DNA of 63,876 nt, the filler included, from Octopus bimaculoides (Eukaryota), in NCBI RefSeq assembly GCF_001194135.2. It is 5 parts of 5 records of this genome, joined end to end, with 100 filler letters (N's around TTAATTAATTAA, not from the genome) between each part and the next. Parts side by side here need not be neighbours in the genome. Positions count along the whole stretch, not along the records: positions 28,496 to 50,495 come from NC_068982.1; 4 more parts are not named here. One strand, given 5' to 3'. Positions 28,396 through 41,338 of the stretch are shown piece after piece; positions within the stretch are counted from its first letter, which is position 1; every line of letters begins with the position of its first letter. The position numbers were made by a program, and so were the translations under genes. The notes under the pieces were generated by a model. It did no database searches, was not told where the DNA came from, and worked only from the letters and a program-made list of their open reading frames with translations.

Positions 28396-29096
28396 NNNNN
28401 NNNNNNNNNNNNNNNNNNNNNNNNNNNNNNNNNNNNNNNTTAATTAATTAANNNNNNNNNNNNNNNNNNNNNNNNNNNNNNNNNNNNNNNNNNNNAAATA
28501 TATATATATATATTAATAATAATAATAATACTTTACAAGCTTGTCAAGCGATCACTGTGTGATGACTAAAGAAAATAGTCTAATATTACGGCATATAAGC
28601 CCTCAATGGAAAACAGTTGCACTTTCTGTACGCACGTATATATATATATATATATATATCCATATCCGATGCAGTGGTTACAAATAACTACAATGATGAA
28701 ACGTACGTAGGGAACAAATGATATAAACTTGTGTTTACCATAATGTGACTATGTATGCCTGTATGTATATGTGAATGATGTCTGTGTGAATGTGTGCGGG
28801 TATAACTATCATGACATAAATTTATTCATATGTATAGTCAAAAGTCTTTTTGGAATAATTTAAAATTAAAATTGGATGTTAAAAATTGCTGGTATATTTT
28901 CAATAAAAAACAAAAGTTCGCTGTTATTGTTACTTTGTGAACACCGTAATCACTCAAAACCCACATTTCATTCTATTCATTTCATTCACTACAACCACCT
29001 TTTCTCCCATTTCCATTCTGTCTTTAAACTGACTTCTTTGCCATTTCCGCCCGCCTATCTAACTTCCACTGTTATAACAGTATTACCTTAACAATC

Positions 29097-29245
29097 CTAG
29101 GCGACGAGCTGGCAGAATCGTTAGTACGCCGGGCGAAATGCTTAGCGGTATTTCGTCTGTCTTTACGTTCTGAGTTCGAATTCCACCGAGGTCGACTTTG
29201 CCTTTCATCCTTTCGGGGTCGATAAATTAAGTACCAGTTGCATGT
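29097..29245 (+). mobile_element. SINE family B copy (3'-truncated)
   Basis: gagctggcagaatcgttag...gaaatgcttagcggtatttcgtctgtctttacgttctgagttcgaattcc..cgaggtcgactttgcctttcatcctttcggggtcgataa. Confidence 0.85.
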
Positions 29246-30289
29246 TTTGTGACATAATGGATTCTAAAAAAGTTGATGTTTTCTATTTTCTACAATTTGA
29301 TTTCCATTGGGTACAATCGAAGCCAAAATTTTTAGGGGTGCAAAAGAAACAGATGCCCTGGGTTCCCTTACAAGAGATGGTCCCACTTCTGAATCACTTG
29401 CCTGATGCAAGTTTGCCGAGTATATGAGTAAGTTTGAACAGAACTTGAAGTCAAATGTATTCTTTAGTATCCAGCATTGTTCACTTAATTTGGTACATTT
29501 GGGCCTAAACTGGTATGAGGTCACACATCTCTTAAAAAGCGGACAAATAGTTGATTAAGTGGGCCCTGTACTTGATTGATACTTATTTTATCGACCATAG
29601 AAGCGTTGATAAAAAGTGAATTCGAACTTGGCATTTGCTAAAACCTCTGTGGCAGCCCCTCGTTAGTTTTGGCATATTTTAATAACTGAGATAACATTCG
29701 AGTATTTATGTATTTTTCTATGTAACTTTTATGTACTTGACTTTATGGTAAGTTTTTATCTTCTTGGCATTTAACCTTTGAAAGTATGAATAACATGTCA
29801 ATTTCAATTACATGCAATAAACGAACTTTGATGTGTAAATTTGGCAAGTTGACGTGTATTTTAATTTTTGTGTCTGAGGGGGTCCACAAAAACTTCAGTG
29901 TCCTAGGCCTCGCGGGGTCTAGAACAGGCTTGTCGGTACAATATATTTAACAACGTGTAAGAAATCAATTACTGACGAAATAAATTAGATGTACTAGATC
30001 TCTTAAGACTGACTCTAACAGATGTGTTCAATAAGTCGGCTTTAACAGTTGAATTATTAATAGCTTCTGGTTATTAATATCGTTTGGTCCAATCGATTTG
30101 TTTACTGAGAATTTTTATAGATCTATGTCTGATAAAAACAATGTCTAATAGATATCCCATGCTCACAGTTAATCCATAATAATAAATCTTCTAACAGCTA
30201 ATGCTATAGGTCTGACATATTACAAACAATGCGGTATGAAGTATAATTTAGTAGTGACAATTTTGTAATCCATCGCACTAATAATTATT

Positions 30290-30960
30290 TCAATTATTGG
30301 CACAGGGCTCGAAATTTTGAGAGCGGTGGGCGGTTGGGTATCTAGTAGATTATATTAATCCCCGATAGTTATTTTATTGACTTCGAAAGGCGGAAAGGCA
30401 AAGTCGACCTCGGAGGCACTTCAATTCAAAACGTAAAACTGGAAAAAAATGCTGCTAAACCAGAAATGGTGCGGTAACGATTCTGCTAGCTGCTCGCCGC
30501 CTTAACTTTCTATTATAGGCACAAAGACAATAATTTTCAGGGAGGGATCTAGTCGATTACAGCGACCCAGTACTCAACTGGTACTTATTTTATTGACCCC
30601 GAAAGGATGAGTAGCAAAGTCGACTTTAGTATTTAAATTCAGAATGTAAAAGCCGGAAGAAATATCGTTAAGCATTTAGTTTAGCGCGTAAACGATTCTG
30701 AGAGCTCGGCGTCTTCATCGCCGAAAAAAAAATAGTAGTAGTAGTAAAACTAATATTGATTTCCAGCCTTGGTATGAGGCCACAAATTTCATAGGTGGAG
30801 AATAAGTTGATTAGCTGGAACCCGGTCCTTAAACGGTACTTTATTCTATCAACCTTAGGTGAATTCGCCCTTGGCTTGAGTTGAACGCAGAACGTAAAGA
30901 GACATAACTAAACACTGCAAGCCATTTAGCCCGCCTCTCTATTATTTCTCTCATTCTACG
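30290..30960 (-). mobile_element. Three head-to-tail SINE family B copies
   Basis: Units at about 30290-30501, 30502-30713 and 30755-30960, each with ggcaca...gtcgat...gacccc...aaaggcaaagtcgacc...aacgattctg. Confidence 0.8.
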
Positions 30961-31461
30961 GAAGCAGGTCAAAAACTAAAAATTCTAATCCGAACAAACT
31001 CTAATTTGAATATGAACGCCCAAAGTTTGTGTTTCATAAAAAAAATTCACTGAACCATTAAAGCGAAAACATATTCTGAAGAAAATTATATTCATAAAAG
31101 ATATTTCTCTAACGTGGTTACAACAAAAGAAACAAACTAAGAATATGATAAACTCCAAGATCTTAATTCACAAATCTTCGACTTTTTCTGTTTTTCTTTT
31201 GATTTTTTTTATAGCTCTTGTTTTTTCTTCTGTTCTCAGTGCCAAATCAAAGGTACAAACAGATATAATAGGTTTCAGCAATGTTAGTGTCGAAATCTTT
31301 TGGTGATATCAATGATGGAACTGCCAAGAAATAAGTGGACTGAAAATAAAATATTCTATCAAAATGAACAGAACTTCTTTGCTTTAGCACACACAAAACC
31401 AAATCAGCAACAATAATAACAACAACAATAACATTAACAAAAGACAAGCTAAGTTCCTTAC

Positions 31462-31551
31462 CTTTATCAACGATGTTGAAGAAGAAATTGTCATTTGTGG
31501 CGTTTGATTCCGGATTAAGAACATAACGTATATTTCTGGCATTTATGTCAG
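31462..31551 (-). CDS. FREM2: Internal exon of a FREM2/ECM3/FRAS1-like extracellular matrix protein (end of a CSPG/NG2 repeat, probably the last before the Calx-beta domains)
   Basis: Splice sites tttcattccag|CT...AAAG|gtaagg, 90 nt, phase 1-1. Translates (A)DINARNIRYVLNPESNATNDNFFFNIVDK(G), resembling FREM2 as I recall it: [35 protein letters not shown]. The paralog assignment is tentative. Confidence 0.75.
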
Positions 31552-31589
31552 CTGGAATGAAACAAAAATAGAAATATAATAACATAATA

Positions 31590-32033
31590 ATAATAACAAT
31601 AATAATAATAATAATAATAATAATAATCTTTTCCATTAAAGGCACAAGGCCTGAAACTTTGGGGGAAGGGGTTAGTCGATTTCATCGACCCCAGTACTTG
31701 ACTGGTTGAAAGGCAAAGTTAACCTTGGCAGAATATGAACTCAGAACGTAGAGACGTGTAAAATTCTACTAAGCATTTTGTCTGGCGTGCTAACGATTCT
31801 GCCAGCTCGCCGCCAAACAATAATCCTTTCTACTATTGGCACAAGGCCCAAAACTTTGAGGGAGGGGGATGAGTCACCCCAGTACGTAACTGGTACTTAT
31901 TTTCATGCCCCCCCCCTCTAAAGGATGAAAGACAAAGTCAAACTCGGCGGAATTTGAACTCAGAGCGTAAGGACGGACGAAATGCCGCTAAGCATTTTTC
32001 CGGTGCGGTAACAATTCTGCCAGCTCACCGCCA

Positions 32034-32064
<31 letters not shown>

Positions 32065-32530
32065 GTAATTTCTTATTAAGGCACAAGGCCAGCACTTTCA
32101 GGTAAGGGGTTTAGTCAATATCATCAACCCAAGTACTTGACGAGTACTTTAACTTAACACCCGGAGAGATAGAAAGCGAAGTTAACTTCGGCAGAATTTG
32201 AACTCAGATTGTACAGAGCCAGAACAATTATCGCAAGTTATTTTTTCTGACACTCTAGTGATTCCGCCAATCTATCGCCCTTTGTCAAGCAACCACTCTT
32301 CTACCCAATAATAATTGTTCTTAAAATGGTTCTCCAATTTTAGTGGTGGGATGGTGGGTGTGCAGAAACACTAGATTATATTGATTTCGTTACTTGAGAG
32401 GTCATTGTTGTAACGACCCTGAGGGGGGTTAAAGTATAACGAGGAATCTGTAGGAGAATTCAAAATCGAAATGTAAAGGCACATATCTAAATCGCAGATA
32501 CTTCAACTGGAGCTTTACCGATTCCACCAC
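31590..32530 (-). mobile_element. Four head-to-tail SINE family B copies separated by (TAA)n tails
   Basis: Units at about 31627-31815, 31825-32032, 32065-32280 and 32315-32530. Confidence 0.85.
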
Positions 32531-32709
32531 AATAATTTAGAAGTTGTAAAAGACGGGATGTGGGCAGTTGTGGCGCTAATACTTCGTTATTTGAAAATTT
32601 ATGTACGACGTACGTAAAAAGATTTCTGACATTGGAGGTGAATCGAAACCGACTCGCAAATTCTTCTGTTCGTTAAAACAATGATGTTACGCTACACGTA
32701 GTACCTGTC

Positions 32710-32845
32710 ACAATAACAACAACATTACTATAACTACAAGAACGACATCAATAATGACGAAGATGACGACGACGAGAATAATGATAATAATGATGATACT
32801 GCTGATGATGATGATGACGACAGCGCCGATCACGATGATGATACA
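32710..32845. repeat. (AAC)/(GAT)/(GAC) trinucleotide low-complexity tract
   Basis: Seen directly. Confidence 0.85.
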
Positions 32846-33204
32846 TATGAACAAAAATGTGCGTAAGCTAATAACTATAAATCATTTATTCAGGTGCTCT
32901 ACTGCCGCTGTCCATATGCCCCACCCGACCCAGACCGTTAATTTTAACATTGCTTAGACAAACGTTTGCCCAAACGTCACGAGCCATGGAACACTTTACA
33001 GTCAGTTCAGACTTACAATTAACAGGAAAAAAAAAAACTAAGAAGAAAAGCAAGGGGCAATTAAAGCGAACACACAAACAACGTATGGAAACATAAACAA
33101 GGAGTGTGATTAAAGAACTCGCATCGTAAACATGTGCTTTCGTTGAAATGTTTTTCCATGACGGGTATCAACTTAGGGGCCCCTCTAAAATTTATAGACG
33201 TTCG

Positions 33205-33425
33205 GAAGGCGGTGTGCTGGCAGAATCGTTATCACGCCAGGCAAAATGCTTAGTGGCATTTCGTCCGTCTTTACGCTCTGAGTTCAAATTCCACCGAGGT
33301 CGACTTTGCCTTTTATCCTGCCGGAGTTTATGAAATGAGTATCAGTGAAACACTGGGGTCGATGTAATCGACTTATCCTCATTCCCCCAAATTACTGGCC
33401 TTGTACCAAAATTTGAAATCAATAT
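33205..33425 (+). mobile_element. SINE family B copy
   Basis: gctggcagaatcgttatcacgcc...ctgagttcaaattccaccgaggtcgactttgcc...ggccttgtaccaaaatttgaaa. Confidence 0.85.
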
Positions 33426-33454
33426 TATAGACCTTCGGTAAAAGCCATACACTA

Positions 33455-33841
33455 GGCCTTCGCATGGTTCAGTGGTTAGAACGTTGGGCTCACAATCATG
33501 AGGTAGTGAGTTGAGTTCCCGGACCGGGCTGTGTGTTGTGTTCTCGAGCAAGATACTTAAACTTTATTTCACGTTGGACCAGTTCCCTCAGCTGTGGAAA
33601 TGAGTTCCGACGTCACTGGTACCAAGCTGTATCAGCTTGACACACACACATACACACACACACATATATATATACACATATACAAATATGCATCAGTGGC
33701 GTGGAGAAGGGAGGCTAGTGTGCATGGGTGACTGCTGGTCTTCCATAAACAACCTTGCCTGGACTTGTGCCTCGGAGGGGAACTCTCTAGGTGCAATCCT
33801 GTGGTCATTCATGACCGATGGGGATCTTTACCCTTTACCTG
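33455..33841 (+). mobile_element. SINE family C (tRNA-like head), with an internal (CA)/(TA) tract
   Basis: ggttcagtggttagaacgttgggctcacaatcatgagg..gagttgagttccc, then ctcgagcaagatactt..tatttcacg. Reverse-complement homolog at 38466-38720. Confidence 0.75.
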
Positions 33842-34334
33842 AGGCCTTATAGAATTTATTTATAGACAAGCCACAGAATACATGCATACATTATTAGCAT
33901 TAGGCCTCAAGACTTGTGGGACCCTACCTTCCTTAAAACGGCACAGCATCAAACTAGACATCTCTAGCCTGAGCATGAATCATATCCATCTTATCACAGT
34001 ATTAAGATCTGTAAATCTTGCAGGTGGCTCCTCCCTCCCCCCCCTTTACCTCTGGTTAACTTCTATTTTTAGTTTGAATTTTATAGCTTCTAATGTAAAA
34101 TGCAAATTGAGTTAAACTCGTAATATTCTCATAGATTACTAATAGCTTTGGATGGATCACTGGATTAGTGTGGAAAACAGTTTGGATATTGTATTCAAAT
34201 ATATTTCAAATTTATCATATATGCATAAATTATAAAACAGCCGAGTTTTCACTCCGTTAATTTCTGTGAACAGTAAAGACGCATATCATAAATATTGTAA
34301 CCATATGGATAGCAGATCTGGCTCCACACATACA

Positions 34335-34582
34335 CAACGAAATTCTAGCGCCAGAGTAATTGATGAGGTATAAATGTGTGTGTATGTGTGAGTGTGTTTG
34401 TGTATGTGGTGTCCCTGTGTCTGTACATATATACACACAAACACACGCGGGCACACACACACACGCACACATATGCACAACGAAATTCTAGCACCAGAGT
34501 AATTGATGAGGTATAAATGTGTGTGAGTGTGTGTGTGTGTGTGTGCATGTGTGTGTGTGCATTTGTGTGGTGTCCCTGTGTC

Positions 34583-34590
<8 letters not shown>
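34335..34590. repeat. Two-copy tandem repeat (about 143 bp) containing a microsatellite
   Basis: cacaacgaaattctagc.ccagagtaattgatgaggtataaatgtgtg...gtggtgtccctgtgtctgtacatatat occurs twice. Confidence 0.85.
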
Positions 34591-34618
<28 letters not shown>

Positions 34619-34888
34619 NNNNNNNNNNNNNNNNNNNNNNNNNNNNNNNNNNNNNNNNNNNNNNNNNNNNNNNNNNNNNNNNNNNNNNNNNNNNNNNNNN
34701 NNNNNNNNNNNNNNNNNNNNNNNNNNNNNNNNNNNNNNNNNNNNNNNNNNNNNNNNNNNNNNNNNNNNNNNNNNNNNNNNNNNNNNNNNNNNNNNNNNNN
34801 NNNNNNNNNNNNNNNNNNNNNNNNNNNNNNNNNNNNNNNNNNNNNNNNNNNNNNNNNNNNNNNNNNNNNNNNNNNNNNNNNNNNNNNA

Positions 34889-35157
34889 GGATGCGGGGAG
34901 ATTTCATCCTGGTTTTCAACATCTTAAACCGGAATGTAAACCTACCACTTGCGGAGTTTTTCACCCCTGCGCCGGATAGGGGTCTTCGTGGGTATGATGA
35001 CAAACTCTATCCCCGACACTTTCGACTCAACAGGCGGAAGGCCGCATTCTCCGTCCGTATCGCAGCCCCATGGAACAAGCTACCACAAGATGTCATTCAA
35101 CTGCCCACCACTCCCCTGTTCAAAGAGGCTCTGGACAACTGTGGCGACTATGTATAG
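34889..35157 (+). mobile_element. CR1-type LINE 3' end (RT C-terminus)
   Basis: RMRGDFILVFNILN..NL...FF...DRGLRGYDDKL...FRLNRRKAAFSVRIAAPWNKLPQDVI....LFKEALD, the classic CR1 ORF2 tail; the 5' part is lost in a gap. Confidence 0.85.
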
Positions 35158-35319
35158 ATCTGTATATAACAATAATTGCTTTTTTTTAAATGGCTTAAGC
35201 ACATTGCGCTCTTCTCCTGCCAATAAATTTGATTTGATTTGATGCCGTACCAAAGGTTTCATGCAAAATTCGCAATTATTCAACTGCTATTTGAATATTA
35301 CTGACATTACTGTCAGTAT

Positions 35320-35354
<35 letters not shown>

Positions 35355-36599
35355 ATAAATATTATATATGTATATACACATATTTTTTTGTAATATATAC
35401 GTGTGTATAAATTACACACAAAGAGGAGAACCACTAAGTGGTCTCCTTACATGATGAAAAGAGATGTTAAATCCCCAAACCACCAAAAATACATTCTTAT
35501 TTATAGCACGTTGGATGTAGGCGGGCAAGACAATTTGAAAAAATTAAAAAGACCAGTTATTTTTATACCCCGAAGTTTCACCATTAATAATTAAATTAAT
35601 TAATTATCTATCGCTCATCAGCAGAAACTACTGGAGACGTATAATTATAAAACTCAAATACATACCATATGCCAAAGGACACACGTGCATATCCTGTGTT
35701 ATCGTTATACAATTCAAATATCCTCAAGTAACGCGCCAAGCCAGAATAAAGCAACAGTGAATTATCTGACTCAAGAATTAAAATATTTTTCAGCATGTAA
35801 GGAGACTATTTAGTGGTTTTCCTTTTTGTGTATAATTTATACAAACGTATATATTATAAAAATATTTATGGTCTACGGATATTTTTTACGCATGCTGGCC
35901 ACTGGTGTAAATTATCATTGTTAAGAATGTTTACCCTNNNNNNNNNNNNNNNNNNNNNNNNNNNNNNNNNNNNNNNNNNNNNNNNNNNNNNNNNNNNNNN
36001 NNNNNNNNNNNNNNNNNNNNNNNNNNNNNNNNNNNNNNNNNNNNNNNNNNNNNNNNNNNNNNNNNNNNNNNNNNNNNNNNNNNNNNNNNNNNNNNNNNNN
36101 NNNNNNNNNNNNNNNNNNNNNNNNNNNNNNNNNNNNNNNNNNNNNNNNNNNNNNNNNNNNNNNNNTATATATATATATATATATGAAATTACACTTGCAA
36201 GTGATTATAAGGTGGTAGGTTGCACCAACATTTCGTTAATTGTTATAGGTGCTCATGTAGTCACGAGCGGATATAGATATCCTTTCTACCCTATTGTTTC
36301 CAGCCAAGTAGACTGGAACACCGTGAAATAAAGTGCCTTGCTCAATGCCACAACGCAGTGTCGGTTCCGGAAATGCAATACATCTATATATGAATGCTTT
36401 AATGCTTAGTTGTATGTGTGTCTAGTTTTCCCCACCATTAGAGATTTATTCTGTAGTGGGTCTGTAAGTGAAAGGTTATCTAGTCAATAAACTGTCTACA
36501 AGAATGGAGATAAAATATATTTAAGATCGATTTCTTGCAAGAAAGTCAACACACATTCCGAACACAAATCGTAAAATAAGTTTGGTTTATGGAGATTAA

Positions 36600-36689
36600 A
36601 TAAACTGTCTAAGTGAGTCAGAAACAGAGAGAGAGAGAGGACTAGGCAGATTTATAGTGAAATGGTTAGATAGTTGAATAAATTGTCGG

Positions 36690-36720
<31 letters not shown>

Positions 36721-37165
36721 GACAGATAGATAGATGAATGGATGGATGAATAGATATAGTGAATGGATTGATAGATAACTGGATAAATCGAGAGTTAGAT
36801 ACATAAATACCAGGAACGATAGAGAGATATGGAGAGATAGATCGCCATATAAACAAATAGACTGTTATTTCGACAGACAGATAAATAGATAGATAGATAG
36901 ATAGACAAACAAACAGACAGACGGCTAAATCTTTATTCATAGACACTTCAACTGTATTAGACTACACTAAGTACTTCCTTGCAAACGATCATGGATAGAT
37001 TGATGAGGAGGGAACTGAATAGTTAGATAGATAAGTAGATGTGAGATAAAAAGCTAGCTAGCTAGATACATAGATAGACGGATAGACAGACAAACAGTTA
37101 GATGGTGTTCACTGCGCAGACAAAAAGATTCAAGGACAGACAGACAGACAGACAGACAGATAAAT
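36600..37165. repeat. Degenerate (GATA)n/(GACA)n tetranucleotide field
   Basis: Seen directly. Confidence 0.85.
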
Positions 37166-37639
37166 CAAGATAAATACATTAAAGGCATTGATTGACGAAC
37201 GAGTCGGCGGGAGGGTAGCTTCGCTAGCTGACTGGTTGGTTGCAAATAAACTTATAAATCAATCACTATAACAAACCAATTTTTACTGGTGTCAAATTAG
37301 AGTCAAGGTTCAACGTATTTATATGCAAAGATACGTCTAAAAATAAACATCTCGATGATATTACTGAAATGATACCATCAAAACCCTGTTATTTCTGGAA
37401 TGATAACAGTATCACTAAAACCCTGTTTATTTTGATTGTATCTTTTTTTAAAAATATTTTTGATGCTATTTTTCAATCGATTTTGTATAGAAACTCATTG
37501 CTGTATAATTATGAAAACAAATAATTAGGATTTCTTTATTACATCTAGAGATCTTCATAAACTGTCTGAAAGAAGACAGTAAGGTCGGAAACGGTTTATC
37601 ATTATGGATTCGTGTTTGTATTGTATAGCTCTCTAAGGC

Positions 37640-37855
37640 GGCAAGCTTGGCAGATTCCTTACTAAGCCAGATAGAAATATTTAGCGGCATTTCGTCCGTC
37701 TTTATGCTCTGAGTTCAAATTCCACCCAGGCCGACTTTGCTTTTCATCTCTTTTGAGATCGATGAAATATGTACCAAGTTGAGCACTTGGGTCAATACAA
37801 TCGACATACCTCCTCCTCCGGAATTTGAGGCTTTGGGTCTATAGTATGAAGGATT
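37640..37855 (+). mobile_element. SINE family B copy
   Basis: ggcatttcgtccgtctttatgctctgagttcaaattccacccaggccgactttgc. Confidence 0.75.
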
Positions 37856-37954
37856 ATTTTATAGCTCTCTAAGGCGACAGGCATGGCAGAGTCTTTGCTG
37901 CCATGAAAATGATTAACAATATTTCTCTCAATTCTTTACTCATTTAGCCGTAGA

Positions 37955-38083
37955 CGTGATTGTTTTCCAACCACATGATTCCGGGTTCAGTGGAACCTTG
38001 GGCAAGTGTCTTCTACCACAGCCTCGGGCCGACCAAAGCCTTGCGAATGGATTTGGTTGATGGAAACTGAAAGAAGCCCGTCG

Positions 38084-38126
<43 letters not shown>

Positions 38127-38335
38127 CTATGTGCGTGTGTGCCTTTGTGTCTATGTTTGTCCCCAACTACCGCTTGACAACTAGTATTGGCGTGTTTACT
38201 TCCTTGTAACTTAGCGGTTCAGCAAAAAACACCGATACAATAAGTACTAAGCTTTAAAAATAATAAGTCTTGGTGGGGGGACGATTTGTTCAACTAAAAC
38301 CCCTTTAATGCGGTGCCCCAGCATGGCCACAAATA
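37955..38335 (+). mobile_element. SINE family A copy
   Basis: ccaaccacatgattccgggttcagt...gaaactgaaagaagcccgtcg(TA)n(TG)n...cgcttgacaac...gcggtgccccagcatggccac. Confidence 0.85.
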
Positions 38336-38465
38336 TAAAATAAATGATTTCTTAGTTCAAATGTCACTGAGGTCAACTTTGCTTTCCGTTCTCTCGGGTT
38401 CGATAAACTAAGAACCTGTTGAGCACTGAGGTCGATGCCACCGTCTCACCCTACCGAACACTCGG

Positions 38466-38720
38466 TCTTTAGGAAGACCAGCAATCGTCAATGCATACCA
38501 GCCTACCCTCTCCATGCCACCGATGTTATCCAAGGCGAAAGCAAGGCCTGATGCAGTTTGTCACCAGTGATTTCGCAGTACATTTCTACAGCTGGGTGAA
38601 GGGGAACAACGTGAAATAAAGTGTCTTGTTCAAGAACACAACACACATTCCGGCAGGGAATCGAACTTACTTCCTCATGATTGTGAGCCCGACGCTCTAG
38701 CCACTGAGTCATGCGCCTTC
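38466..38720 (-). mobile_element. SINE family C copy
   Basis: Reverse complement of 33455-33841 (gtgaaataaagtgtcttgttcaag...gggaatcgaac...catgattgtgagcccgacgctctagccactgag). Confidence 0.75.
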
Positions 38721-39150
38721 TGCTTCCTTTACGTCTCTACGAAACCGATAAAGTAAGTATCAAGCTTTAAAAGATAAGTGCTAGGGTCGAATTGTTCGAT
38801 TAATCCAGTCAAAGCGGCGCCCCAGCTTTCACGACAAAAACAAGTAAGACAAAAACTATATTCTTAATACTTATCAGCTACAAGATTGTGAATATCTTTT
38901 GATTATACACATACAAACACACGTGCATATATACACACATATGCTCGCGCACACACAGTTAAATAAAAGAAACGACAAGTGCGATGTTCTACTTATTTAC
39001 ACAATCACCCGAGGAGGTGCCTTTTACAACTTGGATAGATGATGAGGATTACGCTACATCTCACCAATGTACAACAAATGTAAAAATGTTTCGAAACAAT
39101 TGTAGAGATTTAGAATAAAGATTGTCGTTCACATCCATTGTCTATCTATG

Positions 39151-39189
<39 letters not shown>

Positions 39190-39390
39190 ATGCATATGCG
39201 ATCATCCAGCATGTATGCAACCCGATGACAGAAACCAGAAAATGTGTAAAAGTATATATATTTCTCTAAATATGTATACATGTGTGCGCGCATGTGAGAG
39301 AGAGAGAGAGAGAGAGGGGGGAGAGAGGGAGAGAGNNNNNNNNNNNNNNNNNNNNNNNNNNNNNNNNNNNNNNNNNNNNNNNNNNNNNNN

Positions 39391-39436
<46 letters not shown>

Positions 39437-40029
39437 GAGAAAGAGAGTGTATGTGTAACATATCTGTATTATCTCCTTACCAGTGTTGTATGTGTATTTA
39501 TGTATATTCATTCAAGAAGGTTGCTGAATGGGAATGCACTGCACTTGAAATGTTGTAAATTGCATAGTAGGAATTTTAAGATAATGGTTAAGTAACTATA
39601 GAATAACACAAATGACAGTTGTAATGAGAAAGAATGATATTTTTCTTTACACTTCAGTTAGATATGTAACATAATATTCTCGATATATTCTAAATACTGA
39701 CGAACGTATAAAGATATATGCACTCACACACACACACGTGCGCGGGCGCAGGTGCCTTCTAGGATATAGTTAATTACATTGAACTTCTGTCTTTCTGCTC
39801 ATAACTACACAAGCACTTAATGCAACTAACGACAGCACGGTGCCACAAAGTAACATTTGCTTTGCATCTGGAGGCTACCGAGATATTCGTCTTAAAAAGA
39901 AAAAAAAAAAAAAACGATAAAGAATAATCAAAATACCAAGAGATATATTCGAACTCGTTATCTAACGTGTTGGACAGTGGCCTAGCCAGTGAACAGGTTA
40001 ACAAATGAAACCAAAGTATAGCCTTGTCT

Positions 40030-40210
40030 TTTCGCAGCATCACCCCCACAGCTTGGCAACCGGTGTTGGTTTGTTTACGTCCCGGGAACTTAACAGTTGG
40101 ACAAAAGAGCCCGCTAGAGTAAATGCCATACTCAAAAAAGGTGAGTACTGAGGTCGATTCGTTCGACTAAACCCTTCAAAGAGGTGCCCCAGCATGGCTG
40201 CAGTCCAATG
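40030..40210 (+). mobile_element. SINE family A, 3' half
   Basis: gcttggcaaccggtgttggtttgtttacgtccc...gaggtgccccagcatggctgcagtccaatg. Confidence 0.7.
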
Positions 40211-40304
40211 GCAAGTTTAGTAAAATTAGAAAACAAAGACATTTGCATCACCTAACACTTGCTTAGTACCAATGCATCAAACGTCTGCAAATATATATAT
40301 ATAT

Positions 40305-40485
40305 ATAGACCGCTGAAAACTACAAGTATTTTCATTCTCTGTTTATTTTCTCTTATTCCTTTCTGTTGAAGAGCGTAGGCTCTAAACGTAGAAGACTTTT
40401 TCATTTTTCCCGAGCGTCAAACTAATATACTTGCTCGTTGTTCATACACCTGTCTTCGTCTTTTGTTTTTCTATAAATTTCAACT
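40305..40485 (+). repeat. Family F repeat (probable Penelope-like terminal sequence) with a hammerhead-like motif, copy 1
   Basis: ttcctttctgttgaagagcgtaggctctaaacgtagaagac...ttcccgagcg..aaactaatac..gtttgtt..tacac.cctgtcttcgtcttttgttttt; homologous to 42050-42232 and 63495-63690. Confidence 0.7.
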
Positions 40486-40579
40486 ATATATATATACATA
40501 CATATATGTACATATATATATAAATACACACACACACACATATATACATACATATATATATAGATACATATATACACGC

Positions 40580-40630
<51 letters not shown>

Positions 40631-41271
40631 CATATATATATACACATACAAATATATGCATACACATATATATATATATATACACATACAAATATATGCA
40701 TGCATATATATATATATATACATACATATATATTTACATAAATATAGATATATATATATATATATACACACGAACATATATATATATATATATACATACG
40801 TACGCGATATCTCTCTCTATATATATGTGTGTATGTGTGTGTACGTACACATACACGCACACACACGCGCGCGCACACACACATACACACACACACACAC
40901 ACACAAAATAGGTTTCCAGTAGCTTGTAATGGTTACATTTGAGAAAAGCAAAACCACACGACATTCAGATATCAATAATCTGGAGCAGTCTATACTGAAG
41001 GAACTGGAATTATGACCATATGATGTCATCAACGAACTTATGATAAATTTGATCACTTTGGTCCCAATATGTATGTGTGTGTGTGTGTGTGTTTATGTGT
41101 GTGTGTGTTTCCATTTCCTTACAGCTAAAGCGTCACGCTATCACATATCCGAAATTTTAATTGGAGAAATTCAAAATAACGACATGAATAATGTCTAAAC
41201 TTTTGCACTGAAGACACTCGCCTCTCTCTCTTCTCCCCCTCTCTCTATTTACCTCGCTCACACATAATACA

Positions 41272-41338
<67 letters not shown>

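Noticed and set aside
30290-32530. CRISPR-like or satellite interpretation of the repeated units
   Set aside because: Eukaryotic context; the units are ~200-bp diverged SINEs, not short repeats with unique spacers
33455-33540. tRNA-like sequences (also 44859-44935, 12800-12870, 56985-57050)
   Set aside because: They are SINE heads continuous with SINE bodies, not tRNA genes
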